From NCBI GenBank assembly GCA_963783885.1, contig CAWAPJ010000029.1, forward strand, positions 1-64,000: a stretch of 64,000 nucleotides of DNA, given 5' to 3'. A model generated the notes under the pieces. The model made no database searches, was not told the origin of the DNA, and was given only the letters and a program-made list of their open reading frames with translations. Of this stretch, positions 1 through 9,398 are shown piece after piece. The stretch is from Waddliaceae bacterium (lineage in GTDB: Bacteria > Chlamydiota > Chlamydiia > Chlamydiales > SLFE01). Both the position numbers and the translations under genes were made by a program. Position 1 is the first letter of the stretch. The number at the start of each line of letters is the position of its first letter.

Positions 1-390
1 AATCTCTTTTTTTGCGTCATTGGCGAGCTGAAGCTGTGCCGGAACAAAAGAAATCCCGTTTCCGGCAGCGTTTAAGAAACGCGAAAAGACGCGCGCATCC
101 CTTTCGCTGTCAAAACGGACATTGATGAATTTAGGCGAGGTTTTGTCGACTTCGATCGCTTTTGGTTTCAAGCCTAAATTGCTGCTATAGGAGTGGAGCC
201 AGTCGATTGCCTGCGGCTTCAGGCTGTTGACGCGGTCGACAGCGTTAACAGCTACCTGCTTGGCGCGCTTAGGGCCAATTTCCTGGCTTAAGGGTTTAGC
301 ATACCAAAAAATTGTCGGAAGAATGCTGTAGACTGTAACGGCGAGCACCGCGATAATCAGCCAAAGTTGCCAACGTTTTTGCTTTTCCAT
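1..390 (-). CDS. secDF: Protein translocase SecDF, 5' part (truncated by window start)
   Basis: Open frame from ATG at 390, MEKQKRWQLWLIIAVLAVTVYSILPTIFWYAKPL..., resembles the chlamydial SecD N-terminal TM helix; GAAGGG RBS upstream. Not in the ORF track. Confidence 0.7.
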   Translation of the reverse strand, partial: MEKQKRWQLWLIIAVLAVTVYSILPTIFWYAKPLSQEIGPKRAKQVAVNAVDRVNSLKPQAIDWLHSYSSNLGLKPKAIEVDKTSPKFINVRFDSERDARVFSRFLNAAGNGISFVPAQLQLANDAKKEI

Positions 391-755
391 GAATCAATTT
401 CCCTTCAAATATTAGTTCATCAATAATAGAAAATTTTAACAGAAGAAATGTCGTTTGTCTATAGAAAATAAGAATCTGTAAATGTAAAGAAAAAATGGCT
501 CTTATAAAAAAATGGAGGACAGCCCCGGATTGGAGGGATTCTATAGAAAAAGTTTGATAACAAAACGTGATAAATGTTCAATTTTTCACAGTTGAAGGGC
601 GTTGTTCTCTAATTGCGCTTTTTGTCAAGCTCCTCATGCCACTTTTCGAGTTTTTGCAAACTCGGATAAACATCTTGTCAAACTTGCCTCGATATCTTGT
701 GAGAAAAGCAGGCTAACCTGGACTTTTGATTTTGCTTTCCTAATTTTTCAAGAAC

Positions 756-786
756 AAAAAAAACGGCAGCTTAAACAAGCTGCCGT
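756..786 (-). terminator. Intrinsic terminator of npt1
   Basis: ACGGCAGCTT-AAAC-AAGCTGCCGT hairpin with an A-run on + (U-tract on -) downstream of the stop codon. Confidence 0.75.
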
Positions 787-813
787 ATCGAATACGCGAT
801 AGAGTGGTTGGTC

Positions 814-2382
814 TTAAGACTTGACCGGGGCGAGAGCAGGTTCTCCTGCTGCCGTTCCTTCCACTTCTTTGGTTTTTTCCTGCTCGCTTTCCGAAGTCAG
901 GGCGACAAATCTTCGGTTTAGCGCCATTGTAGCTGTCATCCAGCCGCCAATTACGAGCATGAAGATTGTTGCGACAAAGTAGATAAAGCTGGAAGTGATC
1001 CCCCCGAGAATCAGGATCAGAACCATCTGAACGAAAGCTCCTCCTGATTTGCCAAGGCGGGCTCCTACGACATCGATCGCCGCTTTACCTTTTACCTTTT
1101 GTTCTTGGTCAAGGGGGATATAGGCCATTTCCTTGGTGGGGTCGAAGAGAGAATATTTAGAGGACTTACTCATAATATTCTGGATCATCCCGATAATCAC
1201 AGCCAGCATAATGGGGTTGGTTCCCATGGCCGCGATAGGGCCGGCAAGGCTGCCTTTAAAGATGATAAAGGCAAAAAAGGCCGCTCCTGTGATGAGTAGG
1301 ACTGTAGGAGTTACCAAGGCGGCAAAGCCCCATCCTTTTTTCCGGATCAGGTTTCCGCTTACGAACATTAGCATAAAAATTGTGACCAGTCCTGTGCAGA
1401 ACGAAAACATTCCCATGAAGGCTTGATAGTCATTTTTCAATGGATATTGAAGCTTAAGCTGGGATTTCCATGTCAATTCAACAACGTTGATAGAAATTCC
1501 GTAAGCCATGACCAGAGTTGCCAGGCAGAGAATATAAGGAGATTTGGCCAAGTAGATGAAACTTTCCATAAGACCCATCTTTGGCTTTTCTTTCTTTTTC
1601 TTTTTCTCTTCTTCTTTTGCCATAAACCGGGGATCGGTCAAAACGCTCGTGTTGACGTATTTATAGAGCCACATGGTCATGAGCCCTGCGATAACGACCA
1701 GGCCCATCATCCAGTAGTTAGCCTGAATGTAGGGGTCGACTCCAGGAGGCGCTTCCCTTGTCAGCCAGGAGAAGAAGTAGATTAAGGGGCCGGAGAAGAG
1801 CAGGGCGACGTTGGCGCCGATTAAAAAGACGGCGTAAAAGCGCTTCGACTCATTCACCTTGGTGATATCGTTGGCAAAACCCCAGAAAAGAAGAGAGACG
1901 CAAGCGCTGCCCCACAATTCGGAGAGGATATAGAAAAGAGAGGCCGGCCAGTGCCTTAGGCAGGCGATAAAGTAGTTCAGGCCTTCCCACTGGAAGTAAT
2001 TTTCCATAGCGGTTGTCAAGGCAACGGGTTCGAGGTATTCCTTGAAGGGATAAATCACAACGGCGAATAATGCGAAAAAGATGATAAACGGTGTGATTGC
2101 AGCATAAAATAAGGCCTGCTTGCTCAGAATGTTGCTCAATTTTGAATAAATCAGCATGAAGATAACAGCGCCGGGTACAACTCCCCATAGCTTCAAAAAT
2201 GGGATGGCGGCCGCGCCTGCTTCGTTGACAACCAGGGTGTCTTTCGTATCCCTCAAAATCGTGTAGTTGAAAACGATAAAGAAGAGCATGAAAAACATTG
2301 GAAGGACTTTTTTAAGCTCATAGCCGTGAATCGGCCAGAAAAAGCTGCGCCATTTGCCGAATTCTGCGGTTTTTTCCGTCAT
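814..2382 (-). CDS. npt1: ATP/ADP translocase (NTT1/Npt1, TLC family)
   Basis: EFGKWRSFFWPIH, NYTILRDTKD, LLFWGFAN, KYSLFDPTKEMAYIPLD, KGKAAIDVVGARLGKSGG motifs; lies next to CT066-like and ytg genes as in C. trachomatis. Confidence 0.93.
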   Translation of the reverse strand: MTEKTAEFGKWRSFFWPIHGYELKKVLPMFFMLFFIVFNYTILRDTKDTLVVNEAGAAAIPFLKLWGVVPGAVIFMLIYSKLSNILSKQALFYAAITPFIIFFALFAVVIYPFKEYLEPVALTTAMENYFQWEGLNYFIACLRHWPASLFYILSELWGSACVSLLFWGFANDITKVNESKRFYAVFLIGANVALLFSGPLIYFFSWLTREAPPGVDPYIQANYWMMGLVVIAGLMTMWLYKYVNTSVLTDPRFMAKEEEKKKKKEKPKMGLMESFIYLAKSPYILCLATLVMAYGISINVVELTWKSQLKLQYPLKNDYQAFMGMFSFCTGLVTIFMLMFVSGNLIRKKGWGFAALVTPTVLLITGAAFFAFIIFKGSLAGPIAAMGTNPIMLAVIIGMIQNIMSKSSKYSLFDPTKEMAYIPLDQEQKVKGKAAIDVVGARLGKSGGAFVQMVLILILGGITSSFIYFVATIFMLVIGGWMTATMALNRRFVALTSESEQEKTKEVEGTAAGEPALAPVKS

Positions 2383-2436
2383 ATTTTTTATCCTTTTTGG
2401 TCTAAGATTGATTGTTTACTTTGTTTCTGAAGCAAA

Positions 2437-2465
2437 ATTATAACACATTAAAATATAAATTGCAA
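2437..2465 (-). promoter_or_regulatory. sigma66/70-type promoter of npt1
   Basis: TTGCAA-17 nt-TATAAT with TG extended -10 on the minus strand. Confidence 0.65.
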
Positions 2466-2505
2466 CAGGAATATCTTAATGTTTTCGGCCTTTATAATGA
2501 GGATT

Positions 2506-2532
2506 AAAAAAAGCGGCGTTAGAGCCGCTTTT
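2506..2532 (-). terminator. Intrinsic terminator after CT066/ddbA-like gene
   Basis: AAAAGCGGC-GTTAGA-GCCGCTTTT hairpin with A/T tails. Confidence 0.65.
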
Positions 2533-2568
2533 AAACAAAAAATTCGTATATGTCGTTATGTTTTGCGA

Positions 2569-3084
2569 CTAGTTGACAAGAGCGGTCTGTGCCGTTGCAA
2601 TCGCTTCATTGGAGGCCTGTTGATTTGTGACAGCCTCAACAAAACTGTTCCAAAGGTCGGGTTCAATGCGGCCGGCTTTTATTGACGCGATCAATTCCCT
2701 CTTAATTTGCTTGAGGTCTTTTTGAGTCAGCTTTCTAATCATTTCTTTATCTCCTGCCATGCGCGCCATGTGCAAAATGCGGTCGATATCGTGTTTGGTG
2801 AAGTGGAGCTGATCCCGTTTTTTGCGCGAGCCTCTTGGCGCTCGGGGTTTGGGAGTGACCGTTTGGGGTTTTCCCGGGGTCAGGACATGCTTGTTGATGA
2901 GAGCAATAAGTTCTTTAGGGCATTCGCCTTTCATTTTGCGGAAAGTAAAGTGGTGCATGTAACCGCCGCCTTCCATCGGCAGATAGCGGCAGATTTCATT
3001 TTCTTTCGAGCCGTTGATTTTTTTCAGCGCCTTTTGTATCGAACTTTTTAGTTCCTCGTTATATTTTGCGTTAGTTGAACTCAT
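2569..3084 (-). CDS. ddbA: Chlamydia-conserved basic DNA-binding protein (CT066/DdbA-like)
   Basis: ENEICRYLP..GGYMHHFTFRKMK and PRAPRGSRKKRD motifs; position between npt1 and ytgA as CT065-CT066-CT067. Confidence 0.7.
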   Translation of the reverse strand: MSSTNAKYNEELKSSIQKALKKINGSKENEICRYLPMEGGGYMHHFTFRKMKGECPKELIALINKHVLTPGKPQTVTPKPRAPRGSRKKRDQLHFTKHDIDRILHMARMAGDKEMIRKLTQKDLKQIKRELIASIKAGRIEPDLWNSFVEAVTNQQASNEAIATAQTALVN

Positions 3085-3194
3085 TGATTCCTACCTTTTT
3101 GTTTAGTTTTTCTAAGAATTTATTGCTTTTCTTTTCATCATGAAAGTGGGAAAACCCAAAATTTGTGTCATTATCGTAGTTAATTATTCTGAAA

Positions 3195-3223
3195 TTTATA
3201 ATATTACCTTTTTTTTTTCGCAA
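3195..3223 (-). promoter_or_regulatory. Putative promoter of ddbA-like gene
   Basis: TTGCGA-17 nt-TATAAA on minus strand. Confidence 0.45.
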
Positions 3224-3320
3224 CAAAAAATTAAAAAGTTATTAAATTTTATTGCTCTTCATTGGATCAACTCCAGAAGTTAAAATCTTTTTGTTGAAGA
3301 AAAAGTAAATTTAGCTCAGC

Positions 3321-4166
3321 ATGTTTAGTATGCCATTGAATATGTATCAAGAAAAGCCTTCCCACCCTCTGGATGCTGTCAAAAATGTCATTGCTGTCGC
3401 AGCGGGCAAAGGGGGAGTGGGCAAATCCACAGTTTCCGTTAATTTGGCGTTGGCATTGAGCCTGATGGGTTTTCGGGCGGGAATTATGGACACCGATATT
3501 TACGGCCCTTCTATCAGGCGCATGCTTCCCGAAAACCGGATGCCCGCAAAAAATGGCGAACGCATCATTCCGGCCAGCTGCTTAGGCATCAGCGTGATTT
3601 CCATGGCCTATTTCCGGAAGGAAGAGGAAGCATCCGTTGTCAGAGCTCCCATAGCCAACGGAGTCGTAAAACAATTTATCCAACAGGTCGACTGGGGGGA
3701 GTTGGATTATTTGATCATCGACTTTCCTCCCGGAACCGGCGATGTGCAGCTCACACTTGCCCAGCAGGCGAGTTTGACGGGGGCTCTGATGGTGACAACG
3801 CCGCAGGAAGTGGCGATGATGGATGTCAAAAAAGCGATGTCCATGTTTTCCCAGGTCAAGGTTCCCATTGTCGGCGTAGTGGAAAATATGAGTTACTTTT
3901 TGAGTGGCGATGAGAAAGTCTATCTCTTCGGCAAGGGGGGCGGAGAGCGTCTGGCAAGAGAGTACGGTTTGCCGTTTCTCGGGGGTATTCCGATCCTGGA
4001 GGTTATCAGTCGCTGCTCGGATAATGGGGAGTCGATTTTCTCTCTTGAAAATCGGGAGGCCGCTGAAGCATTTCTATCGCTTGCTAAGGGAGTGGAGAGC
4101 CACCTAAAATCAATGGCGCAGTCATCTGAGGACTGCCTGAAAAATTTTGAGCTGGTATGGAAATAA
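3321..4166 (+). CDS. mrp: Mrp/ApbC/NBP35-family Fe-S cluster carrier ATPase
   Basis: GKGGVGKST, DTDIYGPS, WGELDYLIIDFPPGTGD, VTTPQ, VENMS motifs. Confidence 0.9.
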   Translation: MFSMPLNMYQEKPSHPLDAVKNVIAVAAGKGGVGKSTVSVNLALALSLMGFRAGIMDTDIYGPSIRRMLPENRMPAKNGERIIPASCLGISVISMAYFRKEEEASVVRAPIANGVVKQFIQQVDWGELDYLIIDFPPGTGDVQLTLAQQASLTGALMVTTPQEVAMMDVKKAMSMFSQVKVPIVGVVENMSYFLSGDEKVYLFGKGGGERLAREYGLPFLGGIPILEVISRCSDNGESIFSLENREAAEAFLSLAKGVESHLKSMAQSSEDCLKNFELVWK

Positions 4167-4465
4167 ACTGTTTTGCCAAACCCCTATTGATTAAAGGTAT
4201 CGAGCAAAAAGACGATTGGTCTTTTATCATCGAATGGAATGACGGCCTGATCAAGGAATATCGGCTTAGCGAGCTTCAAAAAAAATGTCCCTGCGCCGGC
4301 TGCGTCGATGAAATGACGGGGGCGCAAATTTTGGACCCCGCCACCGTAAAAGACGATGTTCGAGCAGTAAAAATCGTGAGCGTCGGTCGCTATGCGATCA
4401 GAATTTTTTTCACATCGGGATGTTCCCACGGCATCTACAGTTACGATTTTCTCTATAATTTCTAA
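4157..4465 (+). CDS. DUF971 / GBBH-like N-terminal domain protein
   Basis: IEWNDG, LQKKCPCAGC, VGRYAIRIFF..G...GIYSYDFL. Confidence 0.8.
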   Translation: MEINCFAKPLLIKGIEQKDDWSFIIEWNDGLIKEYRLSELQKKCPCAGCVDEMTGAQILDPATVKDDVRAVKIVSVGRYAIRIFFTSGCSHGIYSYDFLYNF

Positions 4466-4532
4466 TTTAATTTCAAAAATTAATAAATTCTTAATATTTA
4501 TTAGTTAAAATTTATTTTTTTGAGGATATAAA

Positions 4533-5606
4533 ATGGAATTTATGGATAATAGTATAAAAAATCAGTTGACCGGAAGCACGGCTTTTTATAATCAGAAAGG
4601 TTATGTAAAAACTACTACGAATGAATTAGAAAAATCCGGCCCTTTAAAACCGATTTATCAGTATAACACAGAAAACAAAGTGTTTCGGATCGCGAAACAA
4701 ATTTTGTCTGTCGTTATTTTTCCCATAGGAATTTATCAGCTGCTTCATTCTTTGGGGGGACGCATCCTTGTCCCGGTGTCGCGGGAAAATGAGATCCCAA
4801 GGGATTCTTGGAGTAAGCCCTCCTTTTCACAATATCGAAAAGAGAGTTTTGAGGATATTGATCCCATTTGGAAAATGAAAAGGATTGCCGTTAAGGTCGA
4901 TAGCTGCGTTATCGATGCGATGATTATCGGCAAAGAGTCAACATTAGACAATGGACGTTGGGTTTTGGCATCAAATGGCAACGGCGAGTTTTACGAGCGT
5001 AAGCTTTTAGATAACTCGTTTCAACAAATTCTTACCCAAGTGAATGGCAATGCAATTGTCTTTAATTATCCCGGAGTGGGAGACAGCACCGGCAGCCCCA
5101 ATAGGAAAACACTGACCAAAGCTTACAAAGCGATGCTTTGCTTCTTAGAAGATAAGGAAGCGGGAATTGGCGCTCATGAAATCATTGGCTACGGCCATTC
5201 TCTTGGAGGAGGAGTTCAGGGAGAGGCTCTAAAGTCCCATAAGCTAAAAGAAGATATCAATTATGTTTTTGTAAAAAGTCGTACGTTCTCAGACCTAAGC
5301 ACCGAAGCCTCGGCGATGATCAACGGGTTCGCTGGATTGCTTGTCAAAATTTTGGGATGGAACATGAGCTCGGTCGAGTCGTCGAAAAAACTCAAAGCTC
5401 CTGAAATCATCATGCAGACAGCTGCAAATGATAAGATTATTGACGATGATGTCATTTTTGCCAAAGCTTCTCTTGCTAAAAAGCTTGAGAATAAAAAGTT
5501 TTGTGGGAAAAAGCTTTTTATGAAGATACCCGAGCATCACAATGATCCTTTAAAAGACAATACAATTCAAAAATTAACTACTAGCATTAATGGATTTTTA
5601 AAATAG
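4533..5606 (+). CDS. Chlamydial CHLPS 43-kDa-like alpha/beta-hydrolase-fold protein
   Basis: WVLASNGNGEFYE, FNYPGVGDSTG, YGHSLGGGVQ nucleophile elbow, RTFSDL. Confidence 0.75.
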   Translation: MEFMDNSIKNQLTGSTAFYNQKGYVKTTTNELEKSGPLKPIYQYNTENKVFRIAKQILSVVIFPIGIYQLLHSLGGRILVPVSRENEIPRDSWSKPSFSQYRKESFEDIDPIWKMKRIAVKVDSCVIDAMIIGKESTLDNGRWVLASNGNGEFYERKLLDNSFQQILTQVNGNAIVFNYPGVGDSTGSPNRKTLTKAYKAMLCFLEDKEAGIGAHEIIGYGHSLGGGVQGEALKSHKLKEDINYVFVKSRTFSDLSTEASAMINGFAGLLVKILGWNMSSVESSKKLKAPEIIMQTAANDKIIDDDVIFAKASLAKKLENKKFCGKKLFMKIPEHHNDPLKDNTIQKLTTSINGFLK

Positions 5607-5618
5607 TCGGAAAAAATT

Positions 5619-6098
5619 ATGAATACTTATGGGCTTTTCTCGGTTAACGAACGAACATTTAACCGGTCTCATATGGATGACCTCGATTTTCCTGTGGAAA
5701 CCAGGAATACGATTGTCACGGCCCTCAGAATTCACAACGGGGTTTTAAATATCTTGGGTTATATTCCCGTTATATCCATCGCTTCCGGGTGCGTTAGGAT
5801 CGGCAGCGGCGCGGCAATTATTGCCACTACGCTGGCAATCGGCGACCGCAATGCTGAGGAAGGAGCGGTAATCGGCAGGTGGTACGACGAGGCTCTTCGG
5901 ACGGGAATTGCACAGATTGTGCGCGGGGTATTTGAATCCATGGTTCCCTTTGGCCAAGTGGTCAACCTGCTTGCTGACATTGTCGCAACCCCGTTCAATT
6001 TTGGAGCTGGAATCGAAGACATCTCCATGAAATGTGATTGCACGACACCTCCTTACCCCGATCCTCATTACTCTTTTCAACTCCTTTACTTTGTATAA
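5619..6098 (+). CDS. Hypothetical membrane-associated protein
   Basis: 159-aa ATG ORF directly downstream of and co-oriented with the hydrolase; hydrophobic LNILGYIPVISIASG segment. Confidence 0.6.
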   Translation: MNTYGLFSVNERTFNRSHMDDLDFPVETRNTIVTALRIHNGVLNILGYIPVISIASGCVRIGSGAAIIATTLAIGDRNAEEGAVIGRWYDEALRTGIAQIVRGVFESMVPFGQVVNLLADIVATPFNFGAGIEDISMKCDCTTPPYPDPHYSFQLLYFV

Positions 6099-6104
6099 AA
6101 GGTC

Positions 6105-6280
6105 AGCTGGGATTTTCGTAAGCCTTCGGCGATCTATGCCCCTAGATAACTCGCGGGGGCTTCCGGTCTGCTGCGTTGCCCTGCTTCGGCAACCCCATGG
6201 AGGGGTCGCCTTGCATACCGTCGCCAGCGCTTCGTTCTCTAGGGACGTCAATCGCCGAAGGCTTACGGATTTTCCCGGCT
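6105..6280. repeat. ~176-nt palindromic (MITE/REP-like or structured RNA) element
   Basis: Perfect 17-bp inverted repeat CGTAAGCCTTCGGCGAT (6117-6133) / ATCGCCGAAGGCTTACG (6251-6267), extendable to ~40 bp with mismatches; GC-rich in an AT-rich gap. Confidence 0.75.
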
Positions 6281-6296
6281 TTTTTTAAAAGAATCC

Positions 6297-6312
6297 ATTG
6301 ATTATAATCAAT
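6297..6312. promoter_or_regulatory. Perfect palindrome overlapping the -10 box of ytgA; candidate metal-repressor operator
   Basis: ATTGATTATAATCAAT is its own reverse complement, contains TATAAT and ends 7 nt before the ATG. Confidence 0.5.
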
Positions 6313-6319
6313 TCTGTTT

Positions 6320-7309
6320 ATGTGGATTCGAATTCTAAAATTTAGCATTGCTTTAGTTGCAATGTCTGTATGCTTTTCCGCATGCAAAGGACGCTGCGAC
6401 CAGGGGGCCCCGCAGCGTGAGTGGATTGTTCCCAATGGCAAGCTGAAAGTCCTGAGCACGACAGCTATGATCCACAATCTTGTCGAAAAGGTTGGGGATG
6501 GCTATGTCGACGGAATTGTTCTTATTTGCGGAGAGCTCGATCCCCATACCTATCAGCTTGTGAAAGGAGATGACGAAAAGCTCGCCTTCGCCGACCTCAT
6601 TTTCCACAATGGCCTGGGTCTTGAGCATGGACCCAGCCTGCAGTATTATCTTAAGGATAGTGAAAAAGCGGTCAGTTTGGGCGATGCCATCAAAAAGGCT
6701 GACCCTCAGGATATTCTTTTTTTGAAAGGGCAGCTTGACCCGCATATCTGGATGGATGTCTCGCTTTGGGCAAAAGCGGTCGATCCGATTGTCCGGGCGC
6801 TAAGCCGGGCGGACCCTCAGCATGCGGAAGCTTACAAAGAAAACGGCATCAAGCTCTACAATAATTTGATGAAAACCCACCGGCAGGTCAAAAAAATCCT
6901 GCATGAGATACCCGCAAAGGACCGCTATCTGGTTACCAGCCATGACGCGTTCAATTACTTTGCCAGGGCTTATCTGGCCACTGATGAAGAAAGAGCCAAA
7001 AATGACTGGCATAAACGCTTTGATGCCCCTGAAGGGCTCGCTCCTGAAAGCCAGATCAGCGTCTCCGATATCCAGTCGATCATCAAGCATCTGCAAAAGT
7101 ATCATATTCATGTTTTATTTCCCGAATCCAATGTGAGCAAAGATTCTATCCGCAAGATTGTCAATGCGGGAAATGAAAAGGGGCTCGAGCTGACAATCGC
7201 GAAAGAGCCGCTCTATGGGGACGCCATGGGGGGAAAGGGCTCCGGTGCGGGCACCTATCAAACCATGATTCTGCATAACGCGAAAACAATAAGGCACTAT
7301 TTAAAATGA
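6320..7309 (+). CDS. ytgA: Metal (Fe/Mn/Zn) ABC transporter substrate-binding lipoprotein YtgA/TroA
   Basis: Lipobox FSAC, DPHTY, NGLGLEH, DPHIWMD, SHDAFNYF. Confidence 0.92.
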   Translation: MWIRILKFSIALVAMSVCFSACKGRCDQGAPQREWIVPNGKLKVLSTTAMIHNLVEKVGDGYVDGIVLICGELDPHTYQLVKGDDEKLAFADLIFHNGLGLEHGPSLQYYLKDSEKAVSLGDAIKKADPQDILFLKGQLDPHIWMDVSLWAKAVDPIVRALSRADPQHAEAYKENGIKLYNNLMKTHRQVKKILHEIPAKDRYLVTSHDAFNYFARAYLATDEERAKNDWHKRFDAPEGLAPESQISVSDIQSIIKHLQKYHIHVLFPESNVSKDSIRKIVNAGNEKGLELTIAKEPLYGDAMGGKGSGAGTYQTMILHNAKTIRHYLK

Positions 7310-8073
7310 ATGTTCTTTCTTGCCGCCACCTTTCGGTCAATTACGATAAAACTCCGGTTTTATGGGATATTTCCTTTGACGTGCCTCAGGGGCTTCTTGT
7401 GGGAATCATCGGTCCCAACGGCGCGGGAAAGACGACTTTGCTCAAAACAGCTCTCGGGTTGGTGCAGCCCATTTCGGGAAGCGTGGAATTTTTCGGGCAA
7501 AGCCTCGATAAGGTGCGCAGGCGGGTGGCCTACGTTCCGCAAAGAACCTCTGTTGACTGGGACTTTCCCATAACAGCCGGTGATCTTGTCTTGATGGGAA
7601 GATATGGCTCTTTAGGTATGTTTCAGTGGCCGCGACGGTCCGATCGGGCGGCTGCGGAATATTATCTCGATATTGTGGGAATGAAGGCTTTTTCCGATAG
7701 GCAGATCAGCCAGCTCTCCGGCGGCCAGCAACAGAGGGTCTTTCTTGCGAGAGCCCTTCTGCAGGAAGCCGATGTCTATTTTATGGACGAGCCGTTTAGC
7801 GGCATCGACATCGGAACCGAAAAAATATTGGTCAAACTATTGAAGGAGCTCAAAGAAAAAGGAAAAACAGTTTTCGTTGTCCATCACGATCTCAGCACTG
7901 TGGAGAGTTACTTTGACTGGGTGGCTCTTCTCAACATGCGTCTTGTCGGCGCAGGACCGCTCGAAGAGATGTTTACCGCTGAAAATCTCAATAAAACTTA
8001 CGGAAAAAGCTACGCGATTTTGGACGAGGCGCTGAAGCTGTCGCAGTCAAAATCTTCTGGAATGAAACCATGA
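7306..8073 (+). CDS. ytgB: Metal ABC transporter ATP-binding protein YtgB
   Basis: GPNGAGKTT, YVPQR, LSGGQQQRVFLARAL, MDEP, VVHHDL. Confidence 0.93.
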   Translation: MNVLSCRHLSVNYDKTPVLWDISFDVPQGLLVGIIGPNGAGKTTLLKTALGLVQPISGSVEFFGQSLDKVRRRVAYVPQRTSVDWDFPITAGDLVLMGRYGSLGMFQWPRRSDRAAAEYYLDIVGMKAFSDRQISQLSGGQQQRVFLARALLQEADVYFMDEPFSGIDIGTEKILVKLLKELKEKGKTVFVVHHDLSTVESYFDWVALLNMRLVGAGPLEEMFTAENLNKTYGKSYAILDEALKLSQSKSSGMKP

Positions 8074-9398
8074 TTGACTATTTCACCGATCCCGTTCTTA
8101 GGGCGCCGACTATCGGTTCTATGCTTATGTGCTTTGCTGCCGGGATTATCGGAGTCATCGTTTTCCTTCGAAAGGAATCGCTTGTGGGAGAGTCCTTGTC
8201 CCACGCATCCTATCCAGGCGTCGCTCTCGGTGTTTTGGCTGCTGGTGCTTTTTTTGAAGATAACCCCTTTTTTCTTTCATTCGGAATATTAGGCGGCGCT
8301 TTCACAACCGCGCTTTTGGGGTTGTTTGTCATATCCTTTCTGGAACGGCGGTTAAAAGTAAAAAGCGATGCTGCTCTTTGTTTTGTCTTGTCGGCTTTTT
8401 TTGCTGTCGGCATAACTGTCTCTAGCCGGATGCAGTTTTCCTACTCGTCGCTGTTTCGGCAGATACAGGTTTATTTATACGGCCAGGCCGCGACTATGAC
8501 CGATGTACATATTCTGATTTATGGAATCCTTTCTGCCGCAACGTTGCTTTTTGTCCTCTTTTTGTATAAGGAAATTTTGACAATCACTTTGGATAGGGAC
8601 TTCGCAAAAAGTCTTGGCATCCGCGTCCGCTGGATTGACTTCCTTATTTTTATTCTTGTTGTTTTAGCTGTCGTGATCGGAATTCGTTCCGTGGGAGTTG
8701 TTCTGATGTCTGCCATGTTGATTGCTCCCGCGGCTTTCGCGAGGCAGTTTACCAACAAACTCTACCAAATCTTTATGATCGCAGGGCTTGCAGGCCTTTT
8801 TAGCGGGTTTATGGGAAACTACCTCTCTTTGGAAATTACGGAAATACTTTCTGCCCGTTATCCTGAGCACCGCATCGGTTTGCCGACCGGGCCGATGATC
8901 GTGATGGTTGCCTCGACGCTGAGTTTGCTGGCGCTATTTTTCGCGCCCGAAAGAGGTCTGATCTTAAGATGGTGGAGGTCGGCTTTATTCCGCAACAAAT
9001 GCGTCAAAGAAAATCTGCTCAAGTCGCTTTGGCGGTTTGGAGAGGGGGCCGTCGTTCCGTTTAAAGACCTCATTCGTTATCAATCGGGCTCAAAATTTTA
9101 TCTCCATTCGATGCTCCGGAGACTGATCCGTCAGGGATGGGTCGAGCGCGCCGGCGGCGATACCTTCCGTCTGACGACAGACGGCCGCCATCGCGGGGCG
9201 CACATTATTCGTCTTCACAGGCTTTGGGAAGTCTATCTTGCCGATTACATGGGCGTCGGCGCCGAGAAGGTTCACTATAGCGCCGAAGAAATGGAGCATA
9301 TTTTGACGCCTGAACTTGAAAGGGAGCTCACTAAACTGCTGCATGATCCGAAAAGAGATCCCCACAAGCAGCCCATTCCACGGGAAGATAATTTATGA
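8070..9398 (+). CDS. ytgC: YtgC permease fused to DtxR/MntR-like repressor YtgR
   Basis: ABC-3 permease (ESLSHASYPG) followed by a wHTH and HRLWEVYL...AEEMEH...DPHKQPIP DtxR dimerisation motifs. Confidence 0.9.
   Translation: MIDYFTDPVLRAPTIGSMLMCFAAGIIGVIVFLRKESLVGESLSHASYPGVALGVLAAGAFFEDNPFFLSFGILGGAFTTALLGLFVISFLERRLKVKSDAALCFVLSAFFAVGITVSSRMQFSYSSLFRQIQVYLYGQAATMTDVHILIYGILSAATLLFVLFLYKEILTITLDRDFAKSLGIRVRWIDFLIFILVVLAVVIGIRSVGVVLMSAMLIAPAAFARQFTNKLYQIFMIAGLAGLFSGFMGNYLSLEITEILSARYPEHRIGLPTGPMIVMVASTLSLLALFFAPERGLILRWWRSALFRNKCVKENLLKSLWRFGEGAVVPFKDLIRYQSGSKFYLHSMLRRLIRQGWVERAGGDTFRLTTDGRHRGAHIIRLHRLWEVYLADYMGVGAEKVHYSAEEMEHILTPELERELTKLLHDPKRDPHKQPIPREDNL

Noticed and set aside
602..802. 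66-aa TTG ORF
   Set aside because: No motif or RBS, and it spans the npt1 terminator in antisense
5745..6477. ORFs 5745-6251(-), 6034-6288(+) and 6142-6477(-)
   Set aside because: They read through the palindromic element and overlap better-supported genes
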